From Pseudomonadota bacterium (GTDB lineage: Archaea > Thermoplasmatota > SW-10-69-26 > JACQPN01 > JAJPHT01): DNA of 64,000 bases. The notes beneath the pieces are model-generated. The model made no database searches, was not told where the DNA came from, and was given only the letters and a program-made list of their open reading frames with translations. Each line of letters starts with the position of its first letter. The stretch's first letter is position 1. Below are positions 43,579 through 53,097 of this stretch, piece by piece. The position numbers were made by a program, and so were the translations under genes. The DNA is taken from assembly GCA_021325135.1 (NCBI GenBank), contig JAJPHT010000046.1, positions 32,001 to 96,000 of the forward strand. Direction: 5' to 3'.

Positions 43579-44924
43579 AGATCGGCCTGGAGGTCCACGT
43601 CTACCTCGCGACGCGCTGCAAGCTCTTCTGCCGGTGCCGCGCGGACTTCCTCGCGTCGCCGCGGCCCAACGCGAGGATCTGCCCGATCTGCTCGGGCCAG
43701 CCGGGCGCCAAGCCGCTGGCGCCCAACGCGGCGGCGTTCGAGTCAGGCGTCCGTCTCGCCCGCGCGCTGGGCATGGACCTGCGTCCGCGGGCGCGCGTGA
43801 TGCGCAAGCACTACTTCTACCCGGACAGCCCGGCCAACTACCAGCGCACCGGCGAGCCCGTCGCCACCGGAGGCTCCCTTGCTGGCGTGCCGCTCACGGA
43901 GCTTCACGTCGAGGAGGACCCGGGCGCCTACGACGCCGAGGCGGGGCTCGTGGACTACGACCGCGCGGGCGCGCCTCTGGTGGAGCTTGTCACCGAGCCC
44001 GCGATCCGCGACCCGGCCCACGCGCGGCGCTTCCTCCAGGAGCTTCGCCTGGTCCTGGGCTACCTGGGCGTCCACCGCGACGCGGCGGGGCTCAAGGCGG
44101 ACTGCAACGCGAGCCTCGCGGGCGGCGCGCGCGTGGAGGTGAAGAACGTGCACGGGGCCCGAAACGTGGAGCGCGCGCTGGAGGCCGAGATCGCGCGCCA
44201 GCGGGGCGTGATCGCGTCGGGCGGCGCGGTCCTGCGCGAGACGCGCGGCTTCGACGACGCGACCGGCAGGACCGTCGCGCTGCGCGAGAAGGAGACGGAG
44301 GCCGACTACCGCCACCTGCCCGACCCCGACGTGGCGCCCGTGGACCTCGCCGCGCTGGCGCGCCGCCTCGCGCCCGAGGAGGCGCCCCTCGCGCGCCGGG
44401 CGCGCCTCGCCGCGCTGGCGGGCGTGGACGAGGCCGCGGCGTCGGTCCTCGTGGAGGAGCGCGCCCTGGCCGACGCGTTCGAGCGCGCCGCTGCCCTCGC
44501 GCCGCCCGCCCTCGCCTTCGGCTTCGTCGCCCGCGACGTGCGCGCCGAGATCGAGTACCGCAAGACGCCCCTCACGGAGGCCCTCGTCTCGCCCGAGGAC
44601 GTCGCCCTCCTCGTCGAGGCGCTGGGCGCGGCAAGGATCACGCCCCAGGTGGCGACGCGCCTGCTGCGGCAGGGGTTCGACCGCGGCGGGCTCGCGGGCG
44701 CGCTGGCGGAGGAGGCGGGGCGCTCGGGGCCGGCGGAGGGCGCGCTGGCCGCGGCCGCCCGCGAGGCCATGGCCGCGAACCCCAAGGCCGTGGCGGACTG
44801 GCGCGCCGGCAAGGCCACCGCGGTGAACTTCCTCGTGGGCCAGGCCATGCGGCGCCTCGCGGGGCGCGCCGACGCCAACGCCTTGCGGGCGGCGGTCGAG
44901 GCGGCCCTGAGGGAGTCAGATTGA
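43575..44924 (+). CDS. gatB: Asp/Glu-tRNA amidotransferase subunit B
   Basis: IGLEVHV..KLFC, RKHYFYPD, HVEEDPG, DRAGAPLVELVTEP, VEVKN, REKE..DYR; YqeY-like tail NFLVGQAMR. Confidence 0.93.
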   Translation: MKIGLEVHVYLATRCKLFCRCRADFLASPRPNARICPICSGQPGAKPLAPNAAAFESGVRLARALGMDLRPRARVMRKHYFYPDSPANYQRTGEPVATGGSLAGVPLTELHVEEDPGAYDAEAGLVDYDRAGAPLVELVTEPAIRDPAHARRFLQELRLVLGYLGVHRDAAGLKADCNASLAGGARVEVKNVHGARNVERALEAEIARQRGVIASGGAVLRETRGFDDATGRTVALREKETEADYRHLPDPDVAPVDLAALARRLAPEEAPLARRARLAALAGVDEAAASVLVEERALADAFERAAALAPPALAFGFVARDVRAEIEYRKTPLTEALVSPEDVALLVEALGAARITPQVATRLLRQGFDRGGLAGALAEEAGRSGPAEGALAAAAREAMAANPKAVADWRAGKATAVNFLVGQAMRRLAGRADANALRAAVEAALRESD

Positions 44925-45321
44925 AGTACCCGGCCCCGCCATGGGCGCCTGACGCGAGGATGAGGAGACTGACCTACTCGAGTCCTCACAATGCCTTACG
45001 GGGACCATGATGAAATGCACCACCCCCGACTCGCGTCTTCCAGTCCATTCTAGGTGAAAGGGAAGGGGCCGCCCGAATCAGAGGAGGCTAGGCAGGCGGC
45101 CCCGGGCACACCGCGCGCTTGCGATCGCGCGGCGCACCGCCATGAGCGTCCCACGCTTGACTCTTTGCGTTTCCCTCAGACACATTCACGATTGGACCCT
45201 AACAGTTCCTTGCTTCCGGGGACGGGGGCGTCCGCCTGCCCTCTTGGAAGGCCCGGGAGCCCACCGTAGCGGCCAACTATATGTTGACCCTGCGCGACCT
45301 TCGCCCTTCAGGAGACATCAG

Positions 45322-45537
45322 ATGTTGACCATCGAGCCCCACATGGTGCTGGGGAAGGCGGCGAGGGGGCCCCAGGGCGAGGACCTGGGCGAGGTCGTGG
45401 ACGTCGGCCTCCACAGCTACTCGCGCGTGAAGTTCCTTCTCGTCGAGGACAAGACGCGCACCGTGCCCATCCGCACCGTGAGCGTGGACGAGGTCGAGGG
45501 CGTCGCGGCCGACCGCGTCACCCTCCGCATCCGCTGA
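45322..45537 (+). CDS. Small PRC-barrel domain protein
   Basis: VLGK...GEDLGEVVDV...FLLV pattern; AGGAG SD upstream. Confidence 0.7.
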   Translation: MLTIEPHMVLGKAARGPQGEDLGEVVDVGLHSYSRVKFLLVEDKTRTVPIRTVSVDEVEGVAADRVTLRIR

Positions 45538-45541
45538 GCCC

Positions 45542-46594
45542 TCAAAGCGCGTGGAGGGCGGGCCGCGACGCGAGGAAGCGCGCGACGTCCGCCAGCGTGG
45601 GCGCCAGCGCCTCGGGCCCGCTGACGTAGAGCCCCGCCACGGCGTTGGCCAGCATGAGGCGCTCTTCCGGCTCCAGCTCCGCCAGGTGGCCCAGCGCGTT
45701 GCCCGCGTTCCACGCGTCGCCCGCGCCCGTGACGCGCAGCGGCGTCACGCGGAAGGTGGGCACGACGGCGCTCCCCATGGGGCCCCAGGTGGCGGCGAAG
45801 CGCGCCGTGTGCAGGTCCAGCGTGCCGCCGCCGCGCTGCGCGGAGAGCGCCCCGGCCGCCGCGCGCTCCTCCTCGCCCTCCGCCAGCGCCTTTCCCGCGA
45901 TCTGGCGAAGCTCGTTCTCGTTCATGGCCAGCACGTCGAGTTCCTTGAGGGGAAGGAGCCGGTCGCGCACCTGGGCGATCTCCTCGCGGCGGTGGCTGGG
46001 GTCGCCAGTGTCCAGCATGACCAGCGTCCCCGCCCGGCGGCACGCCTCCGCGACGGCCTCCAGGAGCGCGGTGCCGCGGCGGTTCTGGCTCCAGTTGGCG
46101 ACCAGCACGAGGTCCGCGGCCTCCAGGAGCGTCCAGTCGTTGGCGTCCAATTGCTCGGGGCCGTACTCGGCGAGGCTGCCCGCATCGCTGAGCATGACGT
46201 TGGCGGGGCGCTCCTCCTGGAACTCCAGCGCGGTCGTGACCGAGAGCTGCCCGTCGGCGCGCACGTGCTTGAGATCCACCCCCGCGCGCCCCAGGCTCCC
46301 TTCCAGCACGCTGCGGCCGAACTCGCTGGTGCGCGTGACGAGGTGCGTGCCCACGCCGAGGCGGGCCAGGGCGAGGGCCGTGTTCGCCGCGTTGCCCCCC
46401 GCCTGGAAGTGCTGGTGCGGCGTGGGCACGTTGCCGCCCCCCTGCGCGTGCACGCCCTTCCAGAGCGGCACCGCGCGGTCCCACGCGGGCACGCGCACGA
46501 AGTGGTCCAGGAAGAAGTCGGGCAGCGTCACGACGTGGAACGCCTCGGGGCGGATCTCCCGGAGCCGCGCCGCGAGCGCCGCCGGATCGGGCAT
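45542..46594 (-). CDS. PfkB-family carbohydrate kinase
   Basis: GGNAANTALALARLG, NENE, TGAGDAWNAG. Confidence 0.9.
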   Translation of the reverse strand: MPDPAALAARLREIRPEAFHVVTLPDFFLDHFVRVPAWDRAVPLWKGVHAQGGGNVPTPHQHFQAGGNAANTALALARLGVGTHLVTRTSEFGRSVLEGSLGRAGVDLKHVRADGQLSVTTALEFQEERPANVMLSDAGSLAEYGPEQLDANDWTLLEAADLVLVANWSQNRRGTALLEAVAEACRRAGTLVMLDTGDPSHRREEIAQVRDRLLPLKELDVLAMNENELRQIAGKALAEGEEERAAAGALSAQRGGGTLDLHTARFAATWGPMGSAVVPTFRVTPLRVTGAGDAWNAGNALGHLAELEPEERLMLANAVAGLYVSGPEALAPTLADVARFLASRPALHAL

Positions 46595-46636
46595 GGGGCG
46601 GCCAATCACCGTGCCCCTGAAAAGGGCTGCGGCAAG

Positions 46637-46871
46637 AGCGGGGGGTCCGGGGGGCGCAGCCCCCCGAAGCAATCGTCGTCGGCCGCGCCGCAGCGCGGCC
46701 AAAAGCGGGGGTTTCAGGGGGCGCAGCCCCCTGACGTGAAGGAGCGTCGAGCAGACGACTGAAACGTCAGGGGGGCGAGCCCCCCTGAAACCCCCCATTT
46801 TTGCCGCGCTGCGGCGCGGCCGACGACGACTTCTCTTTCTTCAGGGGGCTGCGCCCCCCGGACCCCCCGCT
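46637..46871. repeat. Palindromic REP/MITE-like element, copy 3 (most complete, 235 bp)
   Basis: Perfect 28-bp terminal inverted repeats at 46637-46664 and 46844-46871, nested inner arms and the CTGACGT core. Confidence 0.92.
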
Positions 46872-46921
46872 TTGGAGAAGGTGTTAAGCCCGTGCCCCCG
46901 GCTCGTCGTGCCGACTCGCGG

Positions 46922-48796
46922 ATGATCACCTTCCTCGTGGGCAACTCCCGCGTCCTCCTCACCATCGACGAGAAGGGCAACTGGTCGAACCTCTACTACC
47001 CGTGGGCGGGTCAGTACCAGCACCTTCGCGCGGTGAAGCTGGGCCTCTACGACGTGGAGGAGGACGCCTTCGCCTGGCTGGGCGACGACGCCGCGTGGAC
47101 CGTGGAGCAGGACCACCACCGCGGGTCCAACGCGGGGCGCACGCTCTACGTGGGCCCCCTGGCGGACGTGGAGGTGGTGGACAGCGTCCACTCCAACCAC
47201 GACCTCATCGTACGCCGCATCGTGGTCCACAACAAGACGCCCGACGCGAAGCGCTTCCGCCTCTTCCACTACCAGAGCCTCATGGTGGCCGAGTCCATGT
47301 ACCAGGACACGGCGTACTGGGACGACGAGCGCCGGACCATCAACCACTACAAGCGCAACTACTACTTCCAGTACATGGGCGCGCCCGCCTTCGACGCGTT
47401 CACGTGCGGCGAGCACACGCTGAAGGGGCTCCAGGGCTCCTACGTGGACGCCGAGGACGGCAAGCTGGAAGGCTCGCGCATCAGCCACGGGGCGGCCGAC
47501 TCCGTCGCGCAGTGGAACGTCGACGTGCCCGCCGGCGGCGAGGCCACGGTGCGCCTCATGTGCATGATCGCCCAGTCGCGCAAGGCGGTCAACACCCTCC
47601 ACGCCACGTTCAAGGCGCGCGCCGCGGAGGAGCTGGAGAAGGAGGCGCTGGACTTCTGGCGCCACTGGATCGAGCACAAGGACATGCGCCTGCCCCCCGC
47701 CCTCTCGCCCCGCGCCCGGGACGTGTACCGGCAGAGCATCTACGTCCTGCGCACGTGCAGCAGCCAGAACGGCGCCATCATCGCGAGCCCCGACCCGCGC
47801 ACGCTGAAGTCGGGCGGCGACACGTACAACTACACCTGGTGGCGCGACGGCGCGTACATCAGCAAGGCCATGGACGAGGTGGGCCTCTACGAGAACGCGC
47901 ACCGCTTCCTCAAGTTCGCCGAGCAGTGCCAGGAGGACGAGGGGTACTTCCTCCACCGCCACTTCCCCGACGGCACGGTGGGCAGCACGTGGCACCTGCC
48001 CCCCTTCATCCAGATCGACCAGACCGCCAGCGTGGTCAGCGCCGTATGGCACCACTTCAAGCGCGACGGCGACCTCGACGTGCTTCTGGAGCTGTGGCCC
48101 GTGGTCAAGCGCGGCGCCAACTTCCTGGAGTCGTTCGTGGACGCGCGCGGCCTGCCCCTGCCCAGCTACGACCTCTGGGAGGAGAAGAAGGCCGTCAACG
48201 CGTACTCCGTCGCCGCCGTGATCCACGGCCTGGAGCGCGCGGAGCGCATCAGCGAGCAGCTGGGCAAGTCCCGCGGCCGCTGGAGAAAGGCCTCCGAGCG
48301 CATGCGGACCGCGATGCTCCAGCACCTCTGGAACGACGCCAAGGGGTGCTTCAACAAGAGCATCGACCCCCTGGACGAGACCGTCGACGCCTCCACGCTC
48401 CTCACGCTGAAGCTGGGCGTGCTGGACCCCGCGGACGCCCGCGCCGAGCGCCTGGTGCAGGCCGTCGAGAAGCGCCTCTGGGTGAAGTCCACCGGCGGGG
48501 TCGCCCGCTACGAGGGGGACACCTACTACGGTCCCGAGAACCCGTGGATCATCTGCACGCTCTGGCTCGCCGAGGCACACCTCATGCTGGGCCGCCCCGA
48601 ACGGACGCGGGAGCTCCTGGAGTGGGCCGCCAAGACCGCGGGCCCCACGCTGCTGCTGCCCGAGCAGCTCGACGCGCGCACCGGCGAGCACACCTCCGTC
48701 ACGCCGCTGGTCTGGTCGCATTCCACCTTCGTAGACGTCATGAACAAATACCGGCGCCACGTAGAGGGCGGCGCCGCTGCCGACCGCAGCGAGTAG
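46922..48796 (+). CDS. Glucoamylase-like glycoside hydrolase family 15
   Basis: GAIIASP, YNYTWWRDG, QIDQT, YDLWEE, RYEGDTY, LLPEQ, PLVWSH. Confidence 0.93.
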   Translation: MITFLVGNSRVLLTIDEKGNWSNLYYPWAGQYQHLRAVKLGLYDVEEDAFAWLGDDAAWTVEQDHHRGSNAGRTLYVGPLADVEVVDSVHSNHDLIVRRIVVHNKTPDAKRFRLFHYQSLMVAESMYQDTAYWDDERRTINHYKRNYYFQYMGAPAFDAFTCGEHTLKGLQGSYVDAEDGKLEGSRISHGAADSVAQWNVDVPAGGEATVRLMCMIAQSRKAVNTLHATFKARAAEELEKEALDFWRHWIEHKDMRLPPALSPRARDVYRQSIYVLRTCSSQNGAIIASPDPRTLKSGGDTYNYTWWRDGAYISKAMDEVGLYENAHRFLKFAEQCQEDEGYFLHRHFPDGTVGSTWHLPPFIQIDQTASVVSAVWHHFKRDGDLDVLLELWPVVKRGANFLESFVDARGLPLPSYDLWEEKKAVNAYSVAAVIHGLERAERISEQLGKSRGRWRKASERMRTAMLQHLWNDAKGCFNKSIDPLDETVDASTLLTLKLGVLDPADARAERLVQAVEKRLWVKSTGGVARYEGDTYYGPENPWIICTLWLAEAHLMLGRPERTRELLEWAAKTAGPTLLLPEQLDARTGEHTSVTPLVWSHSTFVDVMNKYRRHVEGGAAADRSE

Positions 48797-48812
48797 CAGG
48801 GAGCAGGAACCC

Positions 48813-49997
48813 GTGAAAGTCGCGATGATCGGATGGGAGTTCCCGCCATTCATGGCCGGGGGCCTGGGCATCCACTGCCTGGAGCTGACGACGCAGCTGG
48901 CCAAGATGGGCGTCGCCATCGACTTCTACATGCCCCACATGGCCCTGGAGGGCGACCTCCGGGTCGCGGACCACCACCGCCACCTGGCCATCTACGAGGT
49001 GGAGGCCGAGCCCTCCCTCTCCCCCTACGGCGGGACGCGGCAGCGCGGCTACGACGACGCGTTCAACGACGCGGTCTGGCAGTACAACATGCGCGTCGTG
49101 GACGCCTTCCGCAGCCACGACGCGGACGTCCTCCACGCCCACGACTGGATCACCTTCCAGGCCGCCGCGGAGCTGAAGCGCCGCACGGGCAAGCCCCTGG
49201 TGTGGAGCTGCCACAGCACCGAGTACGACCGCAGCGCGGGCTTCTTCCCGCAGGACTGGATCATCGACCTGGAGAAGGCCGCCGTGCGCGCCGCGGACGT
49301 GGTGATCGCCGTCTCCGAGTACACGCGCCAACAGCTCATCGACCGCTACGGAGCCGACCCCCGGAAGGTCGTGCCCATCCACAACGGCGTCGACTTCAGC
49401 AAGTGGGTCACGCGCTCGGGCCGCGACTACGGGCAGGCCAGCAAGGTCGTGCTCTACCTCTCCCGCGTCTCGCGCCAGAAGGGGCCCATGAGCTTCATCC
49501 GCGCCGCCAAGCGCGTCCTGGACCAGGACCGCAGCGTGCGCTTCGTCGTCGCGGGCAAGGGCGAGATGATCCCCGAGATGATCCGCTTCTGCATCGCCAA
49601 CGGCATCATGGAGAGCGTCACCTTCACCGGCTTCGTCCCCGACTCCGAGGCGCAGCGCCTCTACGAGGCCGCCGACGTGTACGTGCTCCCCAGCGTCAGC
49701 GAGCCCTTCGGCATCAGCGTGCTGGAGGCCATGACCAGCGGATGTCCCACCATCGTGAGCAAGACGACGGGCGTCGGCGAGGCGCTAACGCACGTCCTGC
49801 GCGCCGAGCACTGGGACAGCGACGAGATGGCGGACCAGATCCTCGCCGTGCTGCGCGACAAGCCCCTGCGCGAGGCGCTGGGAAAGAACGGCGCGCTGGA
49901 GGTGCGCAAGTTCACCTGGGAGCGCACCGGGCGCAAGACGCTCTCCGCCTACGACCGGGCGCTGGAGCGCGCGCAGCCCCTGACGGTGAGCGCATGA
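48813..49997 (+). CDS. Glycosyltransferase family 4 (glycogen synthase-like)
   Basis: GWEFPP..GGLG, HAHDW, HSTEYDR, QKG, PSVSEPFGI..LEAM. Confidence 0.93.
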   Translation: MKVAMIGWEFPPFMAGGLGIHCLELTTQLAKMGVAIDFYMPHMALEGDLRVADHHRHLAIYEVEAEPSLSPYGGTRQRGYDDAFNDAVWQYNMRVVDAFRSHDADVLHAHDWITFQAAAELKRRTGKPLVWSCHSTEYDRSAGFFPQDWIIDLEKAAVRAADVVIAVSEYTRQQLIDRYGADPRKVVPIHNGVDFSKWVTRSGRDYGQASKVVLYLSRVSRQKGPMSFIRAAKRVLDQDRSVRFVVAGKGEMIPEMIRFCIANGIMESVTFTGFVPDSEAQRLYEAADVYVLPSVSEPFGISVLEAMTSGCPTIVSKTTGVGEALTHVLRAEHWDSDEMADQILAVLRDKPLREALGKNGALEVRKFTWERTGRKTLSAYDRALERAQPLTVSA

Positions 49998-50068
49998 CCG
50001 ACGTGTGCTTCGACGCCTTGCCGCAGCAAGGTGGCGAGAAGACGTCCGGAAGGAGCGTGAGCGACTGA
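49994..50068 (+). CDS. 24-aa mini-ORF duplicating the GH57 N-terminus (MTDVCFDALPQQGGEKTSGRSVSD)
   Basis: ATGA overlap with the GT4 stop; its TGA overlaps the CTG that opens the true GH57 frame. Confidence 0.45.
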   Translation: MTDVCFDALPQQGGEKTSGRSVSD

Positions 50069-51258
50069 CGGACGTCTGCTTTTACTTCGAGGTCCACCAG
50101 CCCGTGCGCCTCCGACGGCTCCACCTGTTCAACTCGCCCCCGGGCGTCGACTACTGGGACCACGCCAAGAACCGCGCCATCTTCGAGCGCGTCAGCGACA
50201 AGTGCTACATCCCCACGAACCGGCTCATCCTGGACCTCATCCGGCAGCACGGCGAGTCGTTCAAGGCGAGCTACTCCCTCTCGGGCACCTTCGTCGAGCA
50301 GGCCCGGCAGTTCCGCCCCGACGTCCTGGAGAGCTTCCGCGCGCTGGCCGACACGGGCTGCGTTGAGTTCCTGGACGAGACGTACTACCACTCGCTGGCG
50401 GGCCTCTGGGAGGACCAGACGGAGCTCACGGAGCAGATCCGCGAGCACCGCGACCTCATGCGCAAGGAGCTTGGCGTCGAGCCCACGTTCTACCGCAACA
50501 CGGAGCTGATCTACGACAACCGCATCGCGAAGACCATCGAGGCGCAAGGCTATCTCGGGATCGCCACCGAAGGCACGGAGCGCATCCTGGGCTGGAGGAG
50601 CCCCAACTACGTCTACCGCCCCAGCCGCGGCGACTCCAAGCTCAAGGTCCTGCTGAAGAACTACCGCCTGAGCGACGACGTCGCGTTCCGCTTCAGCACC
50701 GGCCCCTCGTGGCCCGAATGGCCCCTCACCGCGCCCAAGTTCGCCGACTGGCTCGCCGGCAACGAAGGCCAGACCATCAACCTCTTCATGGACTACGAGA
50801 CGTTCGGCGAGCACAACTGGGCCGAAAGCGGCATCTTCGACTTCCTGCGCCACATGCCCGGCGAGGCCCTCAAGCGCGGCGTCGGCTTCAGCACGCCCAG
50901 CGAGGTCGTCAAGAAGTTCGAGCCCGTGGGCGAGATCGAGGTCCCCTTCGCCATCTCGTGGGCCGACAGCGAGCGCGACGTCTCCGCGTGGCTCCACAAC
51001 GAGATGCAGCAGCAGTGCTTCAACGCCCTGCGCGACCTGCGGCCCTACGTGCTGGAGCTCCGCGACCCCGAGGTCACGCACGCGTGGCGCCTGCTCCAGA
51101 CCAGCGACCACGTCTACTACTGCACGACGAAGCACATGGGCGACCAGGACATCCACATGTACTTCTCGCCCTACGACTCGCCCTACCAGGCGTTCATCAA
51201 TTACATGAACTGCATCGTGGACCTGAAGAACAAGGTGATGCAGCGGCTGCGGAAGTGA
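50065..51258 (+). CDS. Glycoside hydrolase family 57 alpha-amylase
   Basis: TDVCFYFEVHQP, ETYYHSL, RNTELIY, LSDDVAFRF, MDYETFGEH, SWAD.ERD.SAW, LQTSDH. CTG start inferred. Confidence 0.93.
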   Translation: MTDVCFYFEVHQPVRLRRLHLFNSPPGVDYWDHAKNRAIFERVSDKCYIPTNRLILDLIRQHGESFKASYSLSGTFVEQARQFRPDVLESFRALADTGCVEFLDETYYHSLAGLWEDQTELTEQIREHRDLMRKELGVEPTFYRNTELIYDNRIAKTIEAQGYLGIATEGTERILGWRSPNYVYRPSRGDSKLKVLLKNYRLSDDVAFRFSTGPSWPEWPLTAPKFADWLAGNEGQTINLFMDYETFGEHNWAESGIFDFLRHMPGEALKRGVGFSTPSEVVKKFEPVGEIEVPFAISWADSERDVSAWLHNEMQQQCFNALRDLRPYVLELRDPEVTHAWRLLQTSDHVYYCTTKHMGDQDIHMYFSPYDSPYQAFINYMNCIVDLKNKVMQRLRK

Positions 51259-51347
51259 CTTTAATCGTTGCTCGATTTCTGCAGGTGGCTTCCCGCAGGA
51301 CCCCCTGCGTCACCGCATTCGAGATGCGACAAACCGCCCCCGTTACT

Positions 51348-52403
51348 TCAACGAGCCTCATCTTGCCGATCTTTGGCAGAGAATGTCTGGAAGGTCTCGC
51401 GGGATGAAGCCGCCGTTGCAATGATGATCCCTGAAAGGGCACCGGCGAAAGTCCCGAGAAATCCGTTTGGCTCTTGGATGACAAGAATAAACATGGTCAT
51501 CCATAGCACAATGGAGCACAACGAGATTACCCATACGCGGGCGTCTCCTCGCTGGAAAATCACCCCTAAAATCATGATGCCGAGCGAGATGAATGCCGTC
51601 GCGAGCACAATCCAGGCGAATGCATTTGACGGGATCGGGTGCATGAGCGTGGGATCCCATAGTTTGTAGAACCCCGCAGTGGAGAATGCAAGCCCGAGTC
51701 CTCCGAGCAGGGCGAGTGACAGCCCAGTTTGGGCAAGTGTTTCCTTGACGCGAGACCACGAGGAGCGCTTCCCCGTCTTTTGTGCTTGAGTCTTGATGCG
51801 GGGAACTGATGGAACAGGATTGAGCCCCATTGCTGTCGTGACAAGCGGCATCCAGTTCACGTCACGCTCCGCCCGCTTGCCACCAATTGGCATCGCGTAG
51901 ATTCGGACGGCCTCCCAACGCTCCCAGCCGCCGTTCGCCGGAAGTTCAATCAAGAATGTCTTCGCGTGGTAAGGTGGAATGAGATATTCCTGTCCCTTCG
52001 CATGCTGACTGTCAGGCCCAAAGTAGTCCAGCGCAAACGAAGGACCTTCTTGACCCCATTCGATCAGTTCTCTCGGAATTCCCCAATGGTGGTGCTCCTC
52101 CCACTTGCCATTGGGCAACATGACGAGGACGCCCATTGATGCAATTTGGGCTGCGCTCCGACCCGCATTGGACACGGACATGAGGAAACGGAGCATCTGA
52201 CGCTTGGGGTCGGACGGATGGTTCTGGATTCCGTTAAAATGAACCACGAACAAAGGTCCCCCCTGCTCGAAATGGTCTCGCTGAAGCCGGTTCAGTTGCG
52301 ATGACACGCGCCAGAGAAGAATAGCAAACAGAGCTTGAACAGCCCCCGCTATTGCAAGGACAACGTTCGTAACGTCCAACGTGGCCACTGCGACAAAGAA
52401 CAT
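51348..52403 (-). CDS. Low-GC hypothetical membrane protein (N-terminal TM, soluble domain, about 4 C-terminal TM)
   Basis: 351-aa ORF with visibly A/T-rich codons compared with its neighbours. Confidence 0.65.
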   Translation of the reverse strand: MFFVAVATLDVTNVVLAIAGAVQALFAILLWRVSSQLNRLQRDHFEQGGPLFVVHFNGIQNHPSDPKRQMLRFLMSVSNAGRSAAQIASMGVLVMLPNGKWEEHHHWGIPRELIEWGQEGPSFALDYFGPDSQHAKGQEYLIPPYHAKTFLIELPANGGWERWEAVRIYAMPIGGKRAERDVNWMPLVTTAMGLNPVPSVPRIKTQAQKTGKRSSWSRVKETLAQTGLSLALLGGLGLAFSTAGFYKLWDPTLMHPIPSNAFAWIVLATAFISLGIMILGVIFQRGDARVWVISLCSIVLWMTMFILVIQEPNGFLGTFAGALSGIIIATAASSRETFQTFSAKDRQDEAR

Positions 52404-52512
52404 CGAGCGACGTTTGAGCCTGCTGAACTTTGGCGAGAACCGGATGCGGTTTTCCCTGCCCCCTCGTTAGGGTAGCAGGTTGGCCCATGCCCCGGGCCTC
52501 GCTCCTGCATTT

Positions 52513-52920
52513 TCACCGCACGATGGAGAGGTCCACGTCGTAGTCGAAGACGCACCGCTCGACGCCTCCGGAAGGGCACCGCAGCCCCAGGAAGTAGTCG
52601 CCGGGCCGGAGGATGGTCTCCTGGGTGGTGCTGCCGCTGCCGCAGGCCCACGCGCCCGACTCGCTGCCGCCGGCGCTCCAGGCCTGCGCGTAGGTGGAGT
52701 TGAGGAGGCAGACGCGCGCGGCGCCCGAGGAGGCGCGCACGGAGAAGGAGGCGTGCGCGGTCTGGAGCACCCGCAGCGGCTCGACGGCGGTGTCGCCGGG
52801 GCCCATGTCGCGGTGGACGCCGTGGCGGTGCACCTCGTCGCGGGCCGCGCCCAGGGAGGTGGCGGCGCAGCCCGAGAGGAGGGCGAGGAGGGCGACCAGG
52901 AGGGGGGCCAGGCGAGGCAT
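52513..52920 (-). CDS. Hypothetical lipoprotein
   Basis: Lipobox LLSGC; beta-rich domain with PGDY and Cys pairs. Confidence 0.7.
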   Translation of the reverse strand: MPRLAPLLVALLALLSGCAATSLGAARDEVHRHGVHRDMGPGDTAVEPLRVLQTAHASFSVRASSGAARVCLLNSTYAQAWSAGGSESGAWACGSGSTTQETILRPGDYFLGLRCPSGGVERCVFDYDVDLSIVR

Positions 52921-53097
52921 GGAGGGGCCAACGCCTCGGCGCGGAAAGCCGTGGCGGCTGCCCCTCCCGGGCGCCCGAAGGGGCCAAGGCTACGGATTCC
53001 GCAGCGTTAGCAGGGGAAAGACCCTTTGGCCTGCCCCCTCGGAAGCTTGATGACCGGGCAGGCGTCCTGGCGCCCAAACCGGGAGGAACCGACCCCA

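Noticed and set aside
44925-45321. Lower-GC 400-bp intergenic stretch after gatB as a gene or ncRNA
   Set aside because: Only a weak hairpin (TGAGGA/TCCTCA) and ORFs without coding bias; insufficient support.
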